This document shows, one piece after another, positions 27,007-38,722 of a stretch of DNA of 64,000 nucleotides. Source of the stretch: Acanthaster planci (Eukaryota). Every line of letters begins with the position of its first letter. The first letter of the stretch is position 1. A program made the position numbers and the translations under genes. The stretch spans positions 1,058,671 through 1,122,670 of the forward strand of contig NW_019091357.1 in assembly GCF_001949145.1 (NCBI RefSeq), in the 5' to 3' direction. The notes beneath the pieces were generated by a model. It was not told the origin of the DNA and made no database searches. It was given only the letters and a program-made list of their open reading frames with translations.

Positions 27007-28710
27007 GGCCTGCCGTAGATACTAACGTTGTAACATCAAATTGAGCTCACGCTTGAAAAAGGTGAACAACTTTAACCTGTTTCACCACGGGAGTTTCAGG
27101 TTTTGCTTCAGTGGTTGGTCTACTCTTTTCAAGTTCTGCTTCAGCAGCTGGTCTGCAAACACAAATGGAGCAAATATCTTGTGAAGCCTTGCCTTACCGA
27201 TATCGAATAGTGACGCATCCTCTGGAATTTGCTGATTGCGTGTCCGACACGGGGAATCCCCGGCACAAATGCCGGATGTCAAATGTCAGAGTTCCCAGTC
27301 CCTACTTAGCAACTGCCTTCAGATGTCTGTATGGACCAGTTGCCAATAATGGAGTCCAGAAGAATTCCTCCAGGTTTATGTTAATGAGTAAATGGATTTT
27401 CCCACAATGCAGTGAGTAATCAGCAGTAACGAGTAAGCAGTAGTCAAAGAAACATTTTGCTTTTTTTCTATGATAAGTGAAGCCATTGTTCAGGAGGCCT
27501 ACACATTGTGCGATCATGTGAAAATTAAGCAAGATCATTGGTGATGTGAAATTAATATCCAAAAGACGGGATCAAAAACACTTTCGTGAGGACAAAAAAC
27601 GGTTACAACACCGTGACTAATAGGGGATAATGACGAACTTCAAGTTATATTTGGTGAATTATTCATGAGTGACGCGTAAATGAAATCAACGCAAACGTTC
27701 CGATACACAGTCCAATCACACACGCGTTTTAATTTCAATCGTTTCAACAGGAACTAGTATCTCTCTGTATATCACGCGGCCACTCACCAAAACGGAAGTT
27801 ATCCGCAGGCCCAGCATTAACAACAAATGTTTTGCTTTCAAATTACAAATTGGCATGAATTAAGATTCAAACAGCATTTTATTTCCTTCTAATCCACATT
27901 ACAGTTACCAGCTTTAATCCAGTAGAAACGCTGCACTGCTTTTGGGTGTACAGAATCTTCCTGTGTTTATCTTTTTCTCGTTTAAAAGCTGAATGTCCCT
28001 TTAGAGAGATAAGTATAACATCAATGGTTTTCCCAGGTTCGAAGCATTAAGCAAATAATAGTTTTGAAACGGGTACATGTTGTCTAAACTAGTGTTTCGT
28101 CCCCACCTGTAGAACATTGAATTTAATCATTATGATGGATTATGATGGTAACATTTTGAAGGTTTGAACTATTTCGCGTGTTGTTAGACAAAAAACACTG
28201 AATTTATATAGAATCAGCTGCATAAAAGTCAAGTAGATAACAGTACGGCTAGAGATCAATCTCCTTTGAAAAAGGAACAGGTTGCCTGAGTTATCCAAAA
28301 TCTAAAGTTCACTTCTTCGAAGCCCACAAGTAAAAGAATATTACTGAATATAATTAAAACTAATAAATGGAGCATACGTTTTACTAAGTTATTATAAATG
28401 AATCTTTCACCAAGCAACTGATCTATACTCCATAAAAGACATGATCGAGGGTTTATGTTTTCATCTCCGTCTTCTCCCTTTTTATCAAAACTTCCCCATG
28501 CTTTTAGTAGCATTATGTGCAAGGAGCATTTTAAGAGTCCTCGATAGGCGTTATAGATTTAGCACGACCTAAATCTGCAACATACGACTCTCCAGTGTCA
28601 GTTTATTGAAGTACTATAATTTTTAACAATCCAAGGTTCACTCTACACCCAACTACTTGCTAAATTTAGGCTTATGTGATCGTTTGGGATCCTTGAATGG
28701 GTTGAAGCCA

Positions 28711-30021
28711 TCAACAGCCCTTATCAATCTTCTTACACACCGGGCACTTCTGCGAACCGAGTCGCAGTTGTGTCTTTGTAAAATCACTCCGCGGGAATCG
28801 ACGTTTGCATCCGGTGCAAGTGACTTCCTGCCGATAAAATGTCTCGTTTACGGAGTCCGGAAGAACGCGCCAAGGTAGAAAGGCATTTAGCTCGTATTTG
28901 TCGTAGATGCGGACCGATTTGGACTGGTAGAGATCGAGGTATCGCTGGGAGCCGACTTGAAGACGTTTTTTGGCTGAAGGCGTGTCCACGGCTGACTTAA
29001 GCTTGCAGTAAAGCGGGAAAAAACCTTGAACGTCCACCGCGGCGTATTCCAAGAGTTGTTTAATCAAAGGCCTCTTCATCCAGTTCACGCCGTCCTTGCC
29101 CATCAACGGCAAACCGCTGTTCTTAATTCTAGCAAAATTCTGGTCGTCAACGTAGTGTTCCAGACACTTCTTAAAGCCTTTGATCCTGCGCTGAAAGTCT
29201 CGTGGCATGACCCTACCGTAGTAAGGGTGGCTTTTATCACTCTCTTGATGGATAATCTGATCAAAAAAGGTAAAAGGGCTTTGTTATACATTGTCACAAA
29301 GTTTTTTCATGATGAAGGAAATTACGTTTAAAGCTGCTTTCAATCAAGACTAAGCTAATTGCCGGAAGTGTCTACAGTATGGCTGAATGAATTGACTGGA
29401 TATGATTCACCTGACATCATTTTGGTTGTCAATCTAGTCACTAGTTCTCATCGGATAGGCGCACTTATGCTGCCATAGACACCTACTCAAGACTTAGTGT
29501 GTGCATATATTATGCCCTGGGATTCGGTGAGCCGTCGTCAGGTGGCCTCGGATCATGCGCATTATTGTAATTAGCATGTTCTGTGCTCAAAACTGGTGAC
29601 AGCACAGCGGGGAAAACAGAACAGTTGTGTCTATGCACGGCGTAGAATCTTTTACCTGCATAAGCTGTAGATCCAGGACATTGGTGAGTTTGACTGCGTA
29701 CAGATGCCAGAGGCAATCGGAATCACTTCTGCAGTCGAACATCAGTTTCTCCCGGTTGGGGTCCTGTAGCAGATGTCGTAGGCCTTCGTCGAAGACTTTG
29801 GCTCCCAGGGTCTTGATGTCGAACAGGTAGGTGTGTCTCTCTGTTGCCACGGCAACAAGGGACAGCTTTCCATCTCGGCCCAGCTTTTCTGCCTCGCAAT
29901 CAACGGCTAGAAGGGAATTCGCCTCGCTGCATTCGCGGAGGTTGGCCAAAGCTTGCTTTATTTCAGACTCCTGGTCCACGAGTGTGTAGGTCTTTTCCTT
30001 GTGACCCGCAGGACTGTTCAT
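28711..30021 (-). CDS. EXD1/Egalitarian-like DEDDy 3'-5' exonuclease with C-terminal C4 zinc finger, copy B (>=303 aa)
   Basis: Exons 30021-29656 and 29256-28711, same intron position as copy A. ExoI LAVDCEA, ExoII FDCRSDSD, ExoIII LLEYAAVDV, and CTGC-x20-CPVC. True start uncertain; candidate upstream exons are listed separately. Confidence 0.85.
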
Positions 30022-30114
30022 TTAGACAAAAAAGAAAAATTCATTCTTCGATCAGTTGCTCAGGAGCGAAGCGGCTTGAGCAGAGAGTATGCGTGAAAAG
30101 TGAGCTAATGTGAC

Positions 30115-31896
30115 CTCGTCACTTGCACTTAATGAAGTAGTCTCCGCACCAGTCGCTACCTTACTCGCAGCTTCTTTTAACATCTGTCAGAATACCTGCA
30201 AGTGGCGAAGGACTTTGCAAAGACTAACTCTCTTTAAACTCGCATTTCCCACTTCCACCACGAAAACTTGTTACCATCATGTATTGTTACTGTAAGTCAA
30301 CCACAGTCACAGTCAACGTCGTTGTCGTGTTGTCACGTCTGTTGCTCATGTCGTTGTATAGTGGTAACCGTCATATTTAGGTCACAGTCATCAAAGACTT
30401 GGGCTTCATAATCAATGTAGGGTGTAGAGATGCAAACAGTCCCGTCAGTATTGTCAGAATCAACCTATCTATGCTTTTTCACCCCCCAGCTTATACCCTC
30501 CGCTATCTTACAGGGAGAACAGACCTTGGTTCGGTTGTCTTGGGTGTTACCGTCGTTTGGGATGGCTCAGCAGGCTTGTCTACTTGATTCGGCGGTCCAC
30601 TTTCATCGAGCTCTACCTTGGATGGCTCCCCGTCTATCTCAAGGCGCTTGGCCGGAGTAGGCTTCACTTGGTCCTCTTGGACAAGTGCCGCATCTTCAGC
30701 AGATCTAACCATTCATTTTACCCAAGAAATTACTATGCGGACTGGAAGGAAATCAGTGGCGTAAATTTGTGCTGGAAATTGGGGATGGGGAAAGATGGGC
30801 GATGACTTACCTGGCCATGAAAATTTGCAGGATCCCCAGGATACGGTCCCCACCCCCAACTTTTGGGGGATGGGCTATTGAATCATCCTCCCCCCACTTT
30901 TTTGTGATGAAAACCGGATTGTGAAGAATTTCCAGGATTTCCCAATGACTAAAAATGTTTGCAATATCACTAGAAAGTGAAAGCAGTTTTAAAGAGCCAT
31001 AAATGTGCTATCATGATGAAAGAATCTGGGTGAATGTAATACACATAACAGATGTGATGAAAACCGGATTGTGGAGAATTTCCAGGATTTCCCAATGACT
31101 AAAAATGTTTGCAATATCACTAGAAAGTGAAAGCAGTTTTAAAGAGCCATAAATATGCTATCATGATGAAAGAATCTGCGTGAATGTAATACAACATAAC
31201 AGATGTTCATCTTTATCATGAACATCGGCCCCTATTTAGTGTATATGGTGTCCCCCCCTCGCTGTTCAAATTTCATGGCCGGGCAAGTCATCCCCCACCT
31301 ATCCCATCACCCAAATTTTCAACACTGATTTACGCCACTGGATATACATCCCCCCATCCCCCGGATTTAAGCCCATGAAGGAAATAATCTCTGAGCTCAT
31401 TTTTGTTACCATTGTCATCAGATTTTCCCTTAACTTGACTGCTGCGTTGCTTTGTAGCCTATGGCAACGATCGACATTTTGTCAAGACCAGAGTGCGTTT
31501 ACACACCAAAATCAATGCGCATTGAACCAATACGAGGCGCGATTTTTGCCAAACTAATCTGTAGCTAGAGGCGCACCCTACCTGCTCTCTGTGTCACCCC
31601 CCTCCCCCATTGGAAGAATTCGGAGAGGAAAAAGCACATTTTTTCCTTAATGCTACATCCAATCATTAGGAGTGTTCAGCTACAAGATGCCGCTACAATG
31701 TCAACCCATACGTCACTAACTCACAATCATATCAACCCACCAGATTGCCTCTGCATCATCTTCTGGCGAGGAATTCGTCCACCTCCACTTACCTTTTCAC
31801 TCCTCTCTGAATCCCCTGGTCCTCCTCATCCGAAATGAAGACCAGTGCATCACTCAAGACATAATCAATGTCACCTTTAGGATCGGTATTTGCCAT
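30115..31896 (-). CDS. Candidate upstream coding exons (acidic, low complexity) of exonuclease copy B
   Basis: 31896-31793 (MANTDPKGDIDYVLSDALVFISDEEDQGIQRGVK, donor gtaagt) splices in phase to 30704-30512 (SAEDAALVQEDQVKPTPAKRLEIDGEPSK..., donor gtaaga). A possible third exon lies at 30183-30115. The join to the exonuclease exon is unresolved. Confidence 0.45.
30754..31340. mobile_element. hAT-like MITE with long imperfect TIRs, containing a 150-bp tandem duplication
   Basis: cagtggcgtaaat...gatgacttacctggccatgaaaatttg at the left end; caaatttcatggccgggcaagtcatc...atttacgccactg at the right end. No clear TSD. Confidence 0.65.
30903..31205. repeat. Tandem duplication, 2 x ~150 bp, near-identical
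   Basis: The unit tgtgatgaaaaccggattgtg...acataacaga starts at 30903 and again at 31053 with only a few differences. Confidence 0.9.
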
Positions 31897-33549
31897 GCCT
31901 GCAGAAGCTGTTGGAAAGGCCGGTCCTATCCAAACTAAGAAATGACTTGTGAATTCACCAGAAAAACACGACTTAAATATATTTCGTGTGTAATTTTGTG
32001 CAACAAATTCCCAAGGTTGTAGCTATATAATATTTTACAACGATGCGGTTCATTGAAATACGGCGTTTTCTTGCATCAAATTCTACACGGTTGCTCTATA
32101 GGCCAATTTTGCACTTGCTCTGTTCGGTGCTTTTTGCATCTGAGAAACTGAAAAAACCCAAATGATTCACCTCGACACTGAATGTAGAGCGTGACGTGTC
32201 ACGCTCACTTTGTCAACGATGAAAACGCGCAAGAGCCACACTCCACATTTTTATTGATCCTCTAAACAGTCATTAAAAAAAAGAATATCATGTTAAAACG
32301 CAAACTACATGTAGTATGGTATATTACACGCAATGGAGTCAATATTACTTTGACCCACCGAAATATCAAACCTCAGACATACCTCAAAAGAATCATTTTT
32401 ATGGCCATTTAGTTCTTTCCTGGTAACGAGGGTGCTGCGAAGCGGTTTGATAGGTTACCATTATATTGTGAACCAGTTTGGACCGTCTTTGCTCTTTATT
32501 TTCCATTTTGGAGTTGTAGCAGTATATACTCCATCCCTTGGCTTTGCCAGTCTGGCAAGATATCGTGAGCATCCGGCGCTTGTGTTCAGTGCACAATGTA
32601 CCATCGAGGCCACCGTATTCCACGTAACTAGGATTGCGTACAAACGGGAATTCCCCGCGCACGCAATGGCGGTGTAAAAATGGCATTTCGATTCATGGTA
32701 GGGGAATCATGGTTACTAGGAAAACCGTGACAAGAATTCATTCAACCATTACACGTACCTAACAATAGGCCGCAAAGAGATTTCTCGACCACTGATTCCT
32801 GTAATAATTTAATGCCTTGTTGAAATCTTTGCAAGGTAAAATGTTTTCCCCACTTGTTATTCGGAAAACGAGTCGGGGAATTTCCGTTCAATACCCAATT
32901 CAACAAAATGGGTGATCGGAGAACCCCCGCTGTTATGTTGTAATGTGTCTGGACTTGGACTTTCGACTTGGTTTGTTGGCTGTACATATTTCACTGTGAT
33001 ATAAACGGATCGGTTTTGATCTTGTGCCGATCACCGTCTTTCTACTTGATTTGTTGTCGACACTCGACAGTATGGCTTGCTACAGCTCTGGGACGGCGAG
33101 CGTTATATCTGGGACGTAAGTTTCCAGTTTCGTTTTGTTTTGTTTCCATTTCTGTATTTCCGTCTCTACTACCACCACATCATCGCCATTACCAGCAAAA
33201 ATAGGGGTATATTTTCTGTTTTAAAACAGAATTAAAAGTGAACTTTGTGTCCTGAACCGTTAAACACAAGCCACGGCGTGTCCAGCGTAGAGGGGGGCGG
33301 CAACTTACCCCCTAGGCATTTTTGACAAAGAAGTAGGGGTTGGAGGACAGCGACAGCATTACAATGGCACCGTGACCTTCCTTGGGGTGGATTACGTAAC
33401 AGAAAAAAAAGTGAACTTTTTTTAAATTTGCCATTCCAACTCCCCTCCCCCACCTGCACATGTGCCCACTGACCCGAAGGTATATGTGAAACAAAAAAGT
33501 ACTGAAATTGGAAGGTTAGTTTTCAATTGTCTGCAGATCTCTGGGATCA

Positions 33550-35474
33550 ATGGGCAAAATCGGCCATCGGGAGCTCGTGGACCAGGTGGGCCAGATACAG
33601 CCGGCCTTGGCCAAAATCCGCGAACCCGACCAGGCCTTCCCTTTCTTGGCTGTCAACTGTGAAGGGGAGGACCTCAGCCGACGTGGAACTCTCTCTCTTG
33701 TATGTGTGGCCACCAAGAACTACACCTACCTGTTTGACATCAAGACCTTGGGAACCCAAGTCTTCGATGAAGGCCTACGAGATCTACTGCAGGACCCCGA
33801 CCGGGAGAAGCTGATGTTTGACTGCCGTCAGGATTCTGACTGCCTTTGGCACCAGCACGGGGTGAAACTTGCCAATGTACTGGACCTGCAACTTCTCCAA
33901 GTAAGTGTAAATCTTCCTGTCTCAGTTGCAACTGCATTGGCGATGTGTCTCACGTCTCTCGTGCATATTCAAAAAGTCCATCTGTCCAATCGCAGGGGGA
34001 GCTTTAAACGGGTTTGTCCAAGAAAGCTTACAGGGCAGTGTTCCAAATCTTTGCAGGGGACTACGAGGACGGAGAGTGACTTAAGTCGAACCTTGCACAG
34101 CCGTGAAATTTCCGTTAATAATAATTCAGATACATGTAGGCCTATTAATTTTCAGATACATTAATGTTACACCAAAACGGCAGAATTGAAGCTTTTGCTA
34201 TTTTTCCCTTTTTAATAGTATTTATTACATTAATTATGTTGTTGTTAAGAAGTTCAAAGGGTATACGTTAACATCCGCTTTTTTCTCACCACAAAGAAGT
34301 GGATGATGGTCCAATAGAGTAATCTTCAGGTCAAAAAGTGGGAGGGGAATTTATATCCCTGGTATGGGGGTTGGTGGGGCCGGGGCCGTGCGTGCACAAT
34401 TACCGATAGGTGCTCACTGGTTGCTGAATAAAAGATTGGGCCGATTTTTGAGTGCAGTACATGAATTGCCTTCGTTGGAGTGGCGCCAATATACCCTGTT
34501 ATGTATTTTTACTTTGACGATTTCCCTTATGTCAGTGATTGGCACACAGCAGGCTAATGCATATACATGTAATTATATACCCATGACACACGACTGGATG
34601 GACAACGCAGTGTCTCTGAATACGGGCGCCTCCAAGAGTTTGCAACGCGTTGGCCAATCACAATGCGCAAAATCTGTTGACCCTTTCCAGACTCGCATTG
34701 GATCCTCACTATCATGAAATTAGCACTATTATGAAACGCCCGTATTGAATTTTTAAGAAAAGTCGTTGTGAGCAAACAGTGTAGTGAGATTTCAGTTATT
34801 CTACTCCAGATCTAATTATGGACATCACTTTATCCCGCCAAGTGACAGATTTCAATCTGTGTGCAGTTGTTTATAGTCTGTGGGTTACCGAAAGGGCTAA
34901 AGAATGGTTTCCATGATGATTCGGATCCACGCAGATTATCTACAGGGAAGATAGCTCAACTAAACGAGACATCAAGCGCCTCGTGCGTGGCTATCAGCGC
35001 TGTCTGGAGATCTACCTGAGGTCTTCGGAGGAGAGATTGATTAAGCTGAAGCTATCCTGCAAGCCAATGATGGAGCACTCTGGCAGGGTTTGGCTGGAGC
35101 GACCAATCCAGGCGAAGCTGCAGGAGTTGGCTGCCCTGAGCGTGAGAGGCTACCTGTCTCTCTATCAGTTCATGAATGGGTGCCTCCGCAGCGGCCGCAA
35201 TAATTATGCGGCGTGGTTGCGATGTGCCTCACAGAAGTATGTGGAATTCCTACGGGATCGTGAGGTTCGCTTGTACGATAAATACGAAAGGAATGCTTAC
35301 CTGCCTTGGCGCCTCATCCCTGAACGTGCCAGCACGTCTTGGGAGTACAAGGAGGAGGTTGCGTGCATGGGCTGTAAGCGTTGTTTCCCGCTCTCTGATT
35401 TTACCCTGATTCAGCTGAAATCAAGAGAGCCGAAGTGCCCGGTGTGTAGGAAGGTCTCCTGCGAAAACTTTTAA
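33550..35474 (+). CDS. EXD1/Egalitarian-like exonuclease-fold protein with C4 zinc finger, copy C; predicted catalytically inactive (296 aa)
   Basis: Exons 33550-33900 and 34935-35474, same phase-0 intron as A and B. ExoI reads LAVNCEG (D>N), ExoII FDCRQDSD is kept, ExoIII reads LQELAALSV (Y>L, D>S). CMGC-x20-CPVC is intact. Confidence 0.85.
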
Positions 35475-35990
35475 AGAGCACCTCAATGGAAAACATGCTT
35501 ATTATGATTGAAAAAGTTGAAATAAACATGGAAGCATCCAATTCGAACGCCGTGTCATTTGTCTTCAGAGCACAACTATAAAAAGCTGAAAAGGTTTCTT
35601 TTTCTGTTTATGCCAAGATACGAATTCAGAATGTAGATTGCGTCATTCGGAGAAAACGAGGGGAACCCTCGCCCTTTGTTCGTAGTGGATAAACCCTTGT
35701 GCATGCCAAGCGATATGCAGTACGTTGTTTGACCCACATGCATTGTTTGACATGCACAAGGGTTTATCCGTTACGTCACAGGGCGAGGGTTCCCTTCATT
35801 TTCTGCGAATGACGCAATCTACATTCAGAATTTGCATCTTGGTATGAACAGGAAAAAACCCTTCTTTAGCTTGTTACAATTGAACTCTGAAGACAAATGA
35901 CACTGCGTTCGACTTGGATGCTTCCATATTTATTATTTATTGAACAGATAAAATCAGAGAAAACATGTTTTCCTTAGAGGTGCTCTTTAA
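35471..35990. mobile_element. Palindromic (fold-back) TTAA-flanked MITE
   Basis: ttaa|agagcacctcaatggaaaacatg ... catgttttccttagaggtgctct|ttaa. The two ~240-bp arms are inverted copies (e.g. gtgtcatttgtcttcagag / ctctgaagacaaatgacac; ggataaacccttgtgcatg / catgcacaagggtttatcc). Confidence 0.85.
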
Positions 35991-37913
35991 GGGTAGTCAC
36001 AGTGTTTACTCTGACCCTCGGCTTTTGCTTTTTGCCTCAATTTATAATGTCATAATATCGTTAATGTATTTTATCCTAGTGTCTCGTTTCATGTACCACT
36101 GGAGTCACCGTAAATAAACTTCACTAGGGTTGCGCGTAACTAAGAGTTCACCGGGTACATACATTATTTCCGGTGTCAAATGACCTTTAGTGTCATGGCT
36201 GAGTTACTATATAAGGCTACTGAATTTTAGTTTGAGGGATTGAAACCAGGAATACCTAAACCTAATGACTAGAATGGGAAGTGACTTGAAATTTAAAAAA
36301 AGTCCTGCTTACCATAAAAAATTTCAAGGTGGGGAATTAATGGATACTTTTTAACACAAGGGGGCGATACAGATATGATACAGATATAGATGCACATTTA
36401 TGTACACGTATATTTTTGCCCCTTTGAAAGCTACGGTACTTTTCTTCCCTTTTTCAAGACATTTTGGTTGTCTTGAATTTCAAAAATACCTCAGAAATAA
36501 TCTTTTTTCTCACCACAAAATAGGGTGGAATAAGCCATTTATTTTTTACCATCCCCTGGTCAAAAGAGCGGAGATACCCCTTCCCACGGAATTTACGTTC
36601 TCATTTACAATATCCAAAAACTGTAACTGTCTTGGCACGTGATTAAGTTTTTAAAAAGACCCAAGTTTTTTATTCAACACCGAAACATCAACAGAGGGCG
36701 CAATAATACATATGGCCATTAGGACGGTACCAGTCCAAGTAGAGAAAAGTCGTGAGCTCCACCGATTGAAAGTCGAAATGATTAACTGACAATCACGGCT
36801 GAAGTGAGACTAACCATTCATTGTCTTCCATGCGTTGATGACAAATTCATACCTCCTTACCTCAGTTATCAGTTTTGTGGCATTGATATTGGGTGTTTCA
36901 TAAACAGTGTTGTGTTTGAGTCCATCACATTTCCTTTCACAAGTCCCTTTCCCAAATCCAGTCACAAGTTCCTTCACAATGCCGGTCATAAATGATCTGT
37001 AACAAATGAACGCTTTTGTTAGAGACATTTGAACAGCTCATGAACTGGCTTAAGACTGAATGACTAGTGATAGACTAACAGGGACTTGTGATGGACTCGA
37101 TCGAATACAACACGGATGAACATTATGGTTTTCACCAGTTACAAATATTTTAGAACTGTAATACAGATAAATGTAACAAACCTTTCTCCTGGAACGCATA
37201 CGCCAATGACCAGCGGTCTGTTATTGCGCATAATTTAAGCTTTCTATTAATTATTGCGTTACTCCTATTATGCAAAGCGCCCACGAAGCCACAGCTTTAC
37301 TTTTCTTTGAACTGTTTGCTTGACAATAAAGTTAGACGTATTTTTGATACTGTACGGTTTGTGCTTGTCATCTTTAAGTAGAGACGGGTGGAAATAAAAG
37401 CCAGTATTTAGGCTTTATCCCTACTTGGGGCAAGAATTCAAGATCTTGACCGTGCTGCGGATTAGGCTCCATCTCCGAAGAGAACAAATATTATGGAGAT
37501 AATAACACGCATCCTCTCCTCACCTGGCAAAGAGTGCAGTGAACTCCTGTACATGTATATTTGAAACATTTCTTTTACCAGTGTATAGTATGAATTTCGC
37601 GTGTTACTTTGCACAGGCAGCCAAACAAACAACCAAAGCAGAAATTTTTTTCGCCCGCTTTAGGGCTACAAATAGGATCTTCTCTTATCTCCATAAATTA
37701 TCTTTTGTTTTGTTTTTCACGGCTAGCATTAATTTTCCTACCAATGTTTGGTAAAAACTAAAAGTGCGATGAAGGTCAATCCTTCTGGTAGTCCGAATGG
37801 GGTTTGGTGGTACCACATTCCGCCTCACCGCTGAACGAGAAGAGCCTTTAAGGTTCAGTGTTGAACACCACGCACTGCCTTTTTGGACCAAGCCAGGGAC
37901 TAAGCTATCAACG

Positions 37914-38466
37914 TTAAAGGGTAGCTGGAAGTCAAGCTGTTTTAATACAAACCTTCAAAATGCACCTTTAAGTCTCAGTCAAGCTTGTTTTCAACTTTTG
38001 TTTCACTACTTCAAAGGGTGTTTTACTGCCATTTACGTTTTTATGCCAATAAGTATTTCCATATTCATGAGCAAAACTGTGATGTCATCCCAAGAAGAAA
38101 GCCTCATTGTTAGACTGGTTCGCATACAAACAAGTCCTGCATTTATGTAGGTTTTTCTGGACTAAATGTTGTTGTTTTTGTACATAGCAATAAGCATGCA
38201 AGCATCAATCCCTTTTTTCATAAATGTTTTCAGTAAGTATTCTGGGTTCACAATTTGAACACGAAAACCTGTGCACTGAACAATATCTTCCCAGGTTGAT
38301 CACAGCAACAGCGTCCTCAGTTGTCCAGGAAAGCATAGAGAATTTTTTAAGTGCACTTTTCAATGCATTTAACCAAATAAGAGTGAAAAGAGTTTTTATA
38401 CATTGAAGAAGAGTAAAAATCACAGAAGACTTGTGTCTAAGAAAATTCATTGCAGCTACGCTTTAA
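37914..38466. mobile_element. TTAA-flanked MITE (related to 18953 and 41474 elements)
   Basis: ttaa|agggtagctg ... cagctacgct|ttaa; internal atattcatgagcaaaactgtgatgtcatcc shared with the related elements. Confidence 0.6.
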
Positions 38467-38545
38467 TCATGTGTAGCCTAGCGCCAGGCTAGCTCACCCA
38501 AAAAGTTTGTTATTAAAAGCAAAACCACACCCCAGTCTTGGTCAC

Positions 38546-38722
38546 GCGCAGTGTCATTTGTCTTCAGAGCTCAACTATAACACTAAAAGCAAAATAGCTC
38601 TTTTTAGCTTGTTATAGTTGGGCTCTGAAGACAAATGACATTGCGTTCGATCTGGACGTTTCTACGTTTATTTGAACAGATAGAATCAGAGAAAACATAT
38701 TTTCCGTAGAGGTGCTCTTTAA
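38546..38722. mobile_element. Internally deleted, truncated copy of the 35471-35990 fold-back MITE
   Basis: gtgtcatttgtcttcagagctcaactataa ... ttatagttgggctctgaagacaaatgaca...agaggtgctctttaa matches both arms and the right terminus of the 35.5-kb element. Confidence 0.8.

Noticed and set aside
25657..35474. Calling the exonuclease trio true EXD1 orthologues, or a prokaryotic/horizontally acquired defence operon
   Set aside because: They lack the EXD1 N-terminal Lsm-like region and have spliceosomal introns. Orthology or transfer cannot be established without a phylogeny, so no symbol was assigned.
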